DNA of 64,000 nucleotides from Christensenellaceae bacterium (GTDB lineage Bacteria; Bacillota; Clostridia; Christensenellales; Borkfalkiaceae): NCBI GenBank assembly GCA_948658045.1, contig CAPMFN010000007.1, positions 16,865 to 80,864 of the forward strand, read 5' to 3'. Shown piece by piece: positions 8,970 to 15,562 of this stretch (position 1 is its first letter; each line of letters starts with the position of its first letter). The notes under the pieces were generated by a model. It saw only the letters and a program-made list of their open reading frames with translations, ran no database searches and was not told where the DNA came from. The position numbers and the translations under genes were made by a program.

Positions 8970-9426
8970 ATTTTTTGTTAGTATAGGATTGTTTTTTTGT
9001 TTGATATTTTATTTGGTACTAGGAGTTTCATTATTAATTTGGTTAGCAATAGAAGGGTTATTCAGTGAAGATTTATATGTAATAATAATTATGATTATTA
9101 TGTTGTTAATTTTGCCGACGTTTGTATTAATTTACGGGATATATAATTATTGTCCCAAAATTGAAGTGACAGCAGAAGGTATGACAAAATATTTATTCGG
9201 AGTTAAACTAAAAAGCTATAAATGGGAAGAAATAACAGAGGTTAAAACATACGGCAATATTGCAGCGCAAACTATATCATTTTATAAAAACCGCAAAGAA
9301 AATTCTATGTTTTATAAGATAAAAAAGAAAGAAAGGATTTTTATTTATTGCAGTGAGAAAAAGATTAAAATAATTAAGCATTTTGCACCAGAATATATTA
9401 TTGAACAATTAGACAAAAAAATTTAA
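8959..9426 (+). CDS. module-3 immunity candidate (2 TM + small cytoplasmic domain)
   Basis: A TTG start overlaps the toxin stop. Two long hydrophobic helices are followed by VTAEGMTKYLFGVKLKSYKWEEITEVKTYG... The ORF is AT-rich. Confidence 0.5.
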   Translation: MGNKFFVSIGLFFCLIFYLVLGVSLLIWLAIEGLFSEDLYVIIIMIIMLLILPTFVLIYGIYNYCPKIEVTAEGMTKYLFGVKLKSYKWEEITEVKTYGNIAAQTISFYKNRKENSMFYKIKKKERIFIYCSEKKIKIIKHFAPEYIIEQLDKKI

Positions 9427-9431
9427 CAAGG

Positions 9432-9461
9432 AAAAAGGTAGTTGCAAAACTACCTTTTTTT
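9432..9461 (+). terminator. intrinsic terminator of module 3
   Basis: AAAAA-GGTAGTT-GCAA-AACTACC-TTTTTTT. Confidence 0.7.
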
Positions 9462-9466
9462 CATAA

Positions 9467-9495
9467 TTGACGCACAACTTAAAATATGGTAAAAT
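9467..9495 (+). promoter_or_regulatory. sigma-A-like promoter motif at 5' edge of orphan module 4
   Basis: TTGACG (9467-9472), a 17-nt spacer, then TAAAAT (9490-9495), with TGg upstream of the -10. Confidence 0.4.
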
Positions 9496-10102
9496 AATTT
9501 ACGATCCCGAAACAGGTAGATTTATTTCTCAGGACAGCATAGACTACGCAAGAAATAATACCGTAAATGGATTAAATTTGTATTGTTATTGCTTGAATAA
9601 TCCTATAAAATATGTAGATTTTAGCGGCTGTATTCCAACAACCAATTATTATGATAAGAAGTCATCCACGCTGAATCTTTTCGGGTTTCATCATAAATTT
9701 TGGGGAAGGTTCATTGTTACTGCAACCGAAACACTTGAACAAAGCGAAGAACCCGGCATATTTTATTCATACCAGGATACTAATATAGGATTTATAAGTA
9801 TGTATACTTTCGGGGGAGGGATAAACCTATGGGGATGGTTTGGAATTGATTTTAGCTACAATTCAGAGAATAACATAAGTCTAGGTATTAATATTACGCC
9901 TTATCTTCATATTAATGCAAGCATTGGGTTAGATGGTATTTCGTTGGGATTAGGTATAGTAGTTAATAACATGTCATATGATTTGACCATTGGTTTAGGA
10001 TTAGGTCCTCTTATATTTATTGGTGGGATTGCTTTAATAATAGGTTCTGGCGGTCAAGCATTAAGTAATGTTTGGGATTGGTTTATAGCATTATTTAGTT
10101 AG
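9467..10102 (+). CDS. orphan RHS-tip + distinct toxin domain with Gly-rich hydrophobic C-terminus (module 4)
   Basis: YDPETGRFISQDSIDYARNNTVNGLNLYCYCLNNPIKYVDFSG is a diverged tip. It is followed by an aromatic/Gly-rich region (GGGINLWGWFGIDFSY) and LGLGPLIFIGGIALIIGSGG. The TTG start has no SD. Confidence 0.65.
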   Translation: MTHNLKYGKIIYDPETGRFISQDSIDYARNNTVNGLNLYCYCLNNPIKYVDFSGCIPTTNYYDKKSSTLNLFGFHHKFWGRFIVTATETLEQSEEPGIFYSYQDTNIGFISMYTFGGGINLWGWFGIDFSYNSENNISLGINITPYLHINASIGLDGISLGLGIVVNNMSYDLTIGLGLGPLIFIGGIALIIGSGGQALSNVWDWFIALFS

Positions 10103-10116
10103 TAAGGAGATGTTTA

Positions 10117-10638
10117 ATGAAAAAAATAATTAAAAAGAAATATATAGTAATTTTGGTTTTATGTTTATTATTAATTGCCATATCGCTTTTTATTGGATAC
10201 GGTGTTCCTAGAATAGGTAAGCAGTCTTATACAGAAGACAAAACTTATGAATATACAGCTACATTTAAATCAAAAGAAAAACATAATGAAAGTTATATTG
10301 TTTACCTCAATAATAATTTTTCTTTAATATTTAATTCTGCGTCAATAATAAATGAAACGAGGTTTAATAATTTAAAATATGGAGAAAAAATAACTTTCAG
10401 AAGTGTATATAATTTTGATAAATCGAACCATAAAGAGTATCCCGTAGATATCGTATCTCTAAAAACCGAAGATGCGGAAATAGTTACATTAGAAAGCTCT
10501 AAGAATACAGTTACGCAAGGTGAGATAGAAATAGCAGTTACAGCAACAGTATTTTCAATATTCTTTTTAATCGGAGGTATAGTTTGTGTTTTATATCTTT
10601 TTGGAGTTCTACCAAAAAAGAAAAAATTAAATAACTAA
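10117..10638 (+). CDS. module-4 immunity candidate (N- and C-terminal TM helices flanking a ~110-aa domain)
   Basis: An AAGGAG RBS lies 7 nt before the ATG. The product has an N-terminal TM (IVILVLCLLLIAISLFIGYG) and a C-terminal TM followed by KKKKLNN. Confidence 0.55.
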   Translation: MKKIIKKKYIVILVLCLLLIAISLFIGYGVPRIGKQSYTEDKTYEYTATFKSKEKHNESYIVYLNNNFSLIFNSASIINETRFNNLKYGEKITFRSVYNFDKSNHKEYPVDIVSLKTEDAEIVTLESSKNTVTQGEIEIAVTATVFSIFFLIGGIVCVLYLFGVLPKKKKLNN

Positions 10639-10642
10639 AACG

Positions 10643-10672
10643 AAAAGAGGGGTAACGTTACCCCTCTTTTTT
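10643..10672 (+). terminator. intrinsic terminator of module 4
   Basis: GAGGGGTAA-CG-TTACCCCTC followed by TTTTTT. Confidence 0.75.
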
Positions 10673-10678
10673 CAATAA

Positions 10679-10708
10679 TTGACGCACGGCTTAAATATGT
10701 GGTACAAT
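10679..10708 (+). promoter_or_regulatory. sigma-A-like promoter motif at 5' edge of orphan module 5
   Basis: TTGACG (10679-10684), an 18-nt spacer, then TACAAT (10703-10708), with TGg upstream of the -10. Confidence 0.35.
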
Positions 10709-11122
10709 AATTAACGATCCCGAAACGGGTAGATTTATCTCGCAGGACAGCATAGACTACGCCGACCCCGAAGCCGTAAACGGACTGAACCTCTACGCAT
10801 ACTGCGGCAATAATCCCGTAATGAACGTAGACCCTACGGGGAAATCATTAATAGGGTGTTTAGTATTATTAATCATAGGCATAGTTGCAAGCGGAGTAAT
10901 AAATGGAGTTGTAGCAGGTGCAAATGCCGCAGAGGGCGAAAGTTTTTGGTCTGCGTTTGCCGGCGGATTTGTCAACGGTGTAATAAGCGGTATAGGTCTT
11001 GCCGTCGGCTTGGCTGTTGCTGTTGGCGGCGGAATTGGTGCATTAGTTGTTGGTGGGATAATTGCGGCAGGTTTTGGCTTTGCTGGTGGGGTTGCAGGCA
11101 GTGCTGTAACGCAAAAAATAAC
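10695..11122 (+). pseudogene. truncated, chimeric orphan module 5 (duplicate of module-3 toxin 5' part, no immunity gene)
   Basis: 10796-11122 is identical to 8408-8734, while 10761-10835 is identical to main-gene 4242-4316. Identity stops at 11122, where the tRNA-Arg terminator begins. The track ORF 10821-11228 simply reads through into the tRNA gene. Confidence 0.7.
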
Positions 11123-11153
11123 ACAACCTTACCCGACTATTCGAATAAGGTTG
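11112..11153 (-). terminator. terminator of tRNA-Arg
   Basis: On the minus strand the stem CAACCTTA/TAAGGTTG (11124-11131/11146-11153) is followed by TGTTATTTTTTG. That U-tract is the complement of the A-tract shared with the toxin coding sequence. Confidence 0.5.
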
Positions 11154-11157
11154 CGTA

Positions 11158-11234
11158 TGGTGCACCGTAAGGAATTCGAATCCCTAGCCTTTGGTTCCGT
11201 AGACCAACGCTCTATCCAGTTGAGCTAACGGTGC
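11158..11234 (-). tRNA. tRNA-Arg (anticodon ACG), CCA encoded
   Basis: The reverse complement is GCACCGTTAGCTCAACTGGATAGAGCGTTGGTCTACGGAACCAAAGGCTAGGGATTCGAATTCCTTACGGTGCACCA. The acceptor stem is GCACCGT/ACGGTGC, the D arm GCTC..GAGC, the anticodon stem TTGGT/ACCAA with loop CTACGGA, and the T loop TTCGAAT. Confidence 0.9.
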
Positions 11235-11297
11235 ATATTAAGTTTTTAATTTGTCGCACTGTGTAACTAAGCATTACATCATTCAAACGACTGAATA

Positions 11298-11326
11298 ATT
11301 ATATAAAATCAAAAAGTTTTTGTCAA
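11298..11326 (-). promoter_or_regulatory. consensus sigma-A promoter for tRNA-Arg
   Basis: On the minus strand: TTGACA (11326-11321), a 17-nt spacer, then TATAAT (11303-11298). It lies ~55-60 nt upstream of the tRNA 5' end. Confidence 0.55.
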
Positions 11327-11350
11327 ACGATTTTAATTTGTAATGTCAAT

Positions 11351-12208
11351 TTACTTCCAAAGTTTGTCAAGGTCGAAGCCGAAAGTCTGCACGGGTTGAA
11401 GATAGGCGGAATTTGCAAGGTCTTTGGGCATAACCATTTGCCCTCCGTTGCTGTCCAAATCTATGCCGTACTGTTTAAAAGCATACCAGATTATGTGCGC
11501 GCACTGCGTCTTTTTTATTTCGTTCTTGTCCGTCAGTACGCCGGCAAACCCTTCGTAAGGAATGCCTGTTAGATTTTTTGCGGCAAAATCAACTATGTTT
11601 TTGACGGTGGAGGCGGAAATTAATTCGGGATTCGGGCGCAAAATCATAAAATTAATTCTGTTTGTATAAGAACTCATATTTCCGATTTTGCTGTTAATGC
11701 CGTAAGCGTTGGCTTCAAGAACGCTTTCGGTAAACGCGTTCACAACTAGTCCGGCATGACCTATCCGCACGCCTGAGATATGGGTAGAAGAGGTAATGAC
11801 TATATCGCCCTCTTCAAGATAGATGTTCGTTATAAATTTTTCAATATAATCGGTGCAGGTGTAGGGGGCAACCTGTCCGCTTTTTGCAGTATGCGGCTCA
11901 AAAAAGTCGCGCTGTATTTTTTTTATTCTTGCTTTTCCGTTTTCGCCGTGCGCAAGCGCGCGGTCTATGCCGACATTTGACAGTCCTGTCTGTCTGTATA
12001 AAATTTCGTAATCTTTTGCGGAGAGTTCGCTTTTATTGAGTAGGTCGTCCAAATCAATCATAGCGTAATCAGGGTGCCAGCATTCCAATGAATGCGCCGC
12101 CCAAAAAGCGATTTGCAAGCCGAAAGCGGTGACTGCCAAAACAATGACGACCGCCGCGCAAACAATCAGATATGTAATTTTTTTCGAAAGTTTTTTTATT
12201 TTAAACAT
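11351..12208 (-). CDS. membrane-anchored permuted papain-like (YiiX/C92, NlpC/P60 superfamily) hydrolase
   Basis: An N-terminal TM is followed by GDIVITSS..GHAGLVV..VLEANAYG..ILRP..GIPYEG..TQCAHIIWYAFKQYGIDLD. This is the His-before-Cys order typical of the permuted papain fold. Confidence 0.5.
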   Translation of the reverse strand: MFKIKKLSKKITYLIVCAAVVIVLAVTAFGLQIAFWAAHSLECWHPDYAMIDLDDLLNKSELSAKDYEILYRQTGLSNVGIDRALAHGENGKARIKKIQRDFFEPHTAKSGQVAPYTCTDYIEKFITNIYLEEGDIVITSSTHISGVRIGHAGLVVNAFTESVLEANAYGINSKIGNMSSYTNRINFMILRPNPELISASTVKNIVDFAAKNLTGIPYEGFAGVLTDKNEIKKTQCAHIIWYAFKQYGIDLDSNGGQMVMPKDLANSAYLQPVQTFGFDLDKLWK

Positions 12209-12228
12209 ATTGCAAACCGCTTGCTACA

Positions 12229-13473
12229 TTATTGAGTAAGTCTTTTTATCGCAAGCTTGTAAATATTAAAACATTTTTCAATTTTTTCAAAAGTAATGTA
12301 TTCGTTTGCCTGATGTACGGTGTTTTCTTCGCCCTGTTCCTCGGGACCGAAAGCCGCGCCGCATTTCAAAGCCCTTGCATAAGTTCCGCCGCCTATTGCA
12401 ACGGGTTGACATTGTTTGCCGGTAACCTCGTTGTAAACGTCGCAAAGCGTTTTAATCAGAAAGCAGTTTTTGTCGTTAAAAAGCGGAGCCTGTTCGGAAA
12501 GAATTTCAAATTCCGTTCCGCTTTCGGTAATGCGTTTCAAAACTTCTTCTTTCTTGTAACTTGCAGGGTAGCGTATGTCGCAGGTGACAAAAATGTTTCC
12601 GTCAGCTTGTTCTATTATATTTGGCGAAAAAGTCAACCGCCCCGTCTCGTCGCAAAGCTCTTTTAGTGAGAAGCATTCGCCGAAAAGCTTATCGCAAACT
12701 CTGTCAAGCCCAAGGTATTCGAGTATGGGCTTAATTGCGTTTACGCCCTCTTCAGGCGTAGAGCCGTGCGCGCTTTTGCCGTGCGCAACAAGTTTGCCGC
12801 CGCAGGATTCAAGCTCGTATTTCGCCGCTTTTTCGATATCCAGCGGCGCCATAACTTCGCATCTGTCGCAGACCATATTCGCCATTGCGCCGCCTTTTAG
12901 CCCCGTAAAAGAACCGCCTTCCTCGAATTTGAGTTTTAGGTGCAATATTCCTTTTTCCGCGTAAATTACGGGGAAGTCCGCGTCGGGGGAAAATCCCTCT
13001 TCGGGCATCTTTGCATGTTTGTTATAATAATCTATACAACCCCAGCCGCTTTCTTCGTTACATCCCAATATAAGCTTGATTTTGCGCTTGGGTTTAAAGC
13101 CCTCGTCTTTTAAGGCTTTAAGCGCGTAAAGCGCGCATATTGCGGGGCCTTTGTCGTCCATTGCGCCTCTGCCCCATATGCGCGAGTTGACCCTGTCAAT
13201 CTCTCCGCCGAACGGGTCGTGCGTCCAACCGTTGCCGGCAGGTACGACGTCAAGGTGTGCGAGAATTGCAAATTCCTTGCCCTCGCCGAATATAATTTCG
13301 CCTGCGTAACCGTCGTAATTTTTTGTTTTGAAGCCCATAAAATCAGCAAGCTTCAAGAAGAAATCAAGCGCTTTCTTTGCGCCTTTACCGAACGGAGCGC
13401 CAACGCAGGGCTCGGCTTGCGAAGAGTCGAATTTAATTAACTGCGAAAGATTCTTAACAATATCCTCGAACAT
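12229..13473 (-). CDS. M20-family dipeptidase (PepV/Sapep-like)
   Basis: Motifs LAHLDVVPAGNGWTHDPFGGEI and GRGAMDDKGP, plus a C-terminal HQANEYI. The start is taken as MFEDIV (ATG 13473) rather than the 27-codon AT-rich extension in the track. Confidence 0.85.
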   Translation of the reverse strand: MFEDIVKNLSQLIKFDSSQAEPCVGAPFGKGAKKALDFFLKLADFMGFKTKNYDGYAGEIIFGEGKEFAILAHLDVVPAGNGWTHDPFGGEIDRVNSRIWGRGAMDDKGPAICALYALKALKDEGFKPKRKIKLILGCNEESGWGCIDYYNKHAKMPEEGFSPDADFPVIYAEKGILHLKLKFEEGGSFTGLKGGAMANMVCDRCEVMAPLDIEKAAKYELESCGGKLVAHGKSAHGSTPEEGVNAIKPILEYLGLDRVCDKLFGECFSLKELCDETGRLTFSPNIIEQADGNIFVTCDIRYPASYKKEEVLKRITESGTEFEILSEQAPLFNDKNCFLIKTLCDVYNEVTGKQCQPVAIGGGTYARALKCGAAFGPEEQGEENTVHQANEYITFEKIEKCFNIYKLAIKRLTQ

Positions 13474-13575
13474 AAAAAGCCTTCTTAAAAAACATAGTAA
13501 AAACATTATACACTTTTTTTTATTTATGGTAAAATAAATTAAATAGAAATTCAAACTATTTTACGCGGTGCTTTT

Positions 13576-14790
13576 ATGGCTGGAAAGGCAAAATTCAACT
13601 TAAATTCGCTCAGGCTACTCGACATTATTAAAATTGTTTTGGTGGCCCTTATGGCGGTTATATGTATAGTAATCTGCGCGCAGGCGTACAATAAAGTCTT
13701 TAACGCCAATTTTTACGCTACTATTGCCTGCTGCATTGTCCTTATCGTGCTGGAAGCAGTGAATGCTTTCGCTGTAAAGCCTTTTGCCGCTAAAATGGTG
13801 TTTTACGGGCTAGATTCAGCGTTGATTTTAACAATATGCGTGCTTACGGGCAACTCGTTTATGTCAACGATTTACTGCCTGGTTTTAACGCTTTGCTACA
13901 TCACACTTGACAGGTTTAAAGATAAAACCGTACTTTTCGGCGTCAGTTGCGGCATTTTCAGCGTTTCGTTTTTAATCGGCTGTCTTGTAAGCAACCCGTA
14001 TGTAGGCGCTTTGGAAATAATTACGGGCGTACTGTTCGGTTTGCTTGCTCTTACGATTGATTACGTTGTCGTAATATTCCTTTTAAAATTTTATAAAACA
14101 AACATAGAACTGTCGGCCGCGTTAAAAGAGGCGGACGAAAACCGCGCGGCGCTGAAAGAGGCGTATGAGCAACTGACCGCCACAAAAGTGTATGAAGAAC
14201 GCAACAGAATTGCCAAAGATATTCACGATACGGCAGGGCATTCGATGACGACGGTAATTATGCAGACGGAAGCGGCTAAGCTCATTATTGACGAGAACCC
14301 CGAAGAGGCTAAAAACCGAATTATTTCGGCAAATATTCAGGCGAGAAACGCGCTGGAACAGATGAGGGAAAGCGTTCACCTGCTCGCAGGCAGAGAAAAA
14401 ACGCGCCCGTTGAAAGAGGAAATGGAAGAGGTTATCGCCCAGACGATTGACGGAACGGACGTAAAAGCAAGGTATTCAATCGATTTAATTCAGCCCGAGT
14501 CGGAAATAAACAGGTTTATTATAAACAGCCTGAAAGAGCTGCTGTCAAACGGCATACGCCACGGCAAAGCGACAGCGTTTTACATTGAGCTTAAAAAGAA
14601 CGGGGAAGGAGCCTTTTTGCTTGTTTCGGACAACGGTTCGGGAGTAAAAGGCAAGATAGAAGAGGGCTTCGGGCTTAAAGGCGTTAGGGAAAAGGCGGAA
14701 AAGTTCGGCGGAAGCGTACAGCTTTCAAGCGAGGACGGGGAAGGGTTTGAAGTTAAAATAAGTATACCCGATTTAAAGGAGAAAGAATGA
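13576..14790 (+). CDS. sensor histidine kinase, NarL/LiaS type (HisKA_3 + HATPase), multi-TM N-terminus
   Basis: About 5 TM helices, an H-box ERNRIAKDIHDTAGHSMT, and a C-terminal ATPase region (NGIRHG, DNGSG, GFGLKG). Confidence 0.85.
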   Translation: MAGKAKFNLNSLRLLDIIKIVLVALMAVICIVICAQAYNKVFNANFYATIACCIVLIVLEAVNAFAVKPFAAKMVFYGLDSALILTICVLTGNSFMSTIYCLVLTLCYITLDRFKDKTVLFGVSCGIFSVSFLIGCLVSNPYVGALEIITGVLFGLLALTIDYVVVIFLLKFYKTNIELSAALKEADENRAALKEAYEQLTATKVYEERNRIAKDIHDTAGHSMTTVIMQTEAAKLIIDENPEEAKNRIISANIQARNALEQMRESVHLLAGREKTRPLKEEMEEVIAQTIDGTDVKARYSIDLIQPESEINRFIINSLKELLSNGIRHGKATAFYIELKKNGEGAFLLVSDNGSGVKGKIEEGFGLKGVREKAEKFGGSVQLSSEDGEGFEVKISIPDLKEKE

Positions 14791-15425
14791 TAAAAGTTTT
14801 ACTTGTCGATGACCAGCAGATTTTGGCGGAGGGCATAAAGTCGGTATTGGAAACCTCGCGAGAAGTGGAGGTCGTAGGTATTGCGTCCGACGGCGTGCGC
14901 GCAGTGGAAGAGGTGGTTAAAGTCAAGCCCGATGTCGTACTTATGGATATAAGAATGCCCAATATGAACGGCGTTGTCGCAACCAAGCGTATAAAAGAAA
15001 TAGACGAGAATATCAAAATTATCATTCTTACCACGTTTGACGACAGCGACTATATTCTCAGCGCTATAAACAACGGTGCTTGCGGATATTTATTAAAAGA
15101 TATAGGTGCGACCGCCCTTATAGACGCGGTTAAAAACGCATACGCAGGGGATACGATTCTGCCGGCAAAAATTGCAAAAAAGATTACCGATGCCGCGGCA
15201 ATGATTTCAACAGACAAGGAATATAAGCTTAAAAAGGCTTTCGGTCTTTCCGAAAGAGAGGTCGAAATAGCGCTTATGCTTTACGACGGATTTACTAACA
15301 GGCAGATAGCTTCCGCCCTGAAACTTTCGGACGGAACAGCAAGAAACTATATCAGCGCGATATATCTGAAATTGGGTGTGGACGGACGTGCTTCCGCCGT
15401 TGAAAAAATAAGAAAATTGTCATAG
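14787..15425 (+). CDS. response regulator, NarL/LuxR family
   Basis: The REC domain (VLLVDDQ, DVVLMDIRMP, LTTF, K at LLKD) is followed by a LuxR HTH (LSEREVEIALMLYDGFTNRQIA). A 4-nt start/stop overlap with the kinase gene and an AAGGAG RBS are present. Confidence 0.9.
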   Translation: MIKVLLVDDQQILAEGIKSVLETSREVEVVGIASDGVRAVEEVVKVKPDVVLMDIRMPNMNGVVATKRIKEIDENIKIIILTTFDDSDYILSAINNGACGYLLKDIGATALIDAVKNAYAGDTILPAKIAKKITDAAAMISTDKEYKLKKAFGLSEREVEIALMLYDGFTNRQIASALKLSDGTARNYISAIYLKLGVDGRASAVEKIRKLS

Positions 15426-15520
15426 ACCCCGACATATGCCGCAAATAACGCTGTTTTTTAAAAATTTTAAAAAATAGGCAAAAAAACGTATTAATTTACG
15501 TTTGCCCCCATAGTATGCTT

Positions 15521-15560
15521 AAAATAACCGCCTTGCACGCATTTTGCAAGGCGGTTTAGG
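15521..15560. terminator. bidirectional intrinsic terminator between convergent genes
   Basis: A 12-bp stem AACCGCCTTGCA/TGCAAGGCGGTT is flanked by an A-run and a T-run. Confidence 0.7.
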
Positions 15561-15562
15561 TT

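Noticed and set aside
11123-11228. The C-terminal part of track ORF 10821-11228 (..QPYPTIRIRLRMVHRKEFESLAFGSVDQRSIQLS).
   Set aside because: This is read-through into the terminator and body of tRNA-Arg on the opposite strand. It is not coding.
10640-11350. Whether there is a prophage or integrative-element boundary at tRNA-Arg, with an integrase or att repeats.
   Set aside because: There is no integrase or recombinase ORF anywhere in 1-12 kb, and I could find no duplicated segment of the tRNA 3' end. The locus is better explained as an rhs array abutting the tRNA.
13474-13554. The N-terminal extension of the dipeptidase ORF. Similar extensions occur in the track ORFs for rpsF (19045), cca (17595), ligA (52003) and pcrA (49645).
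   Set aside because: The extensions are AT-rich or low-complexity, lack an RBS, and precede the conserved family N-termini, so the downstream starts were preferred.
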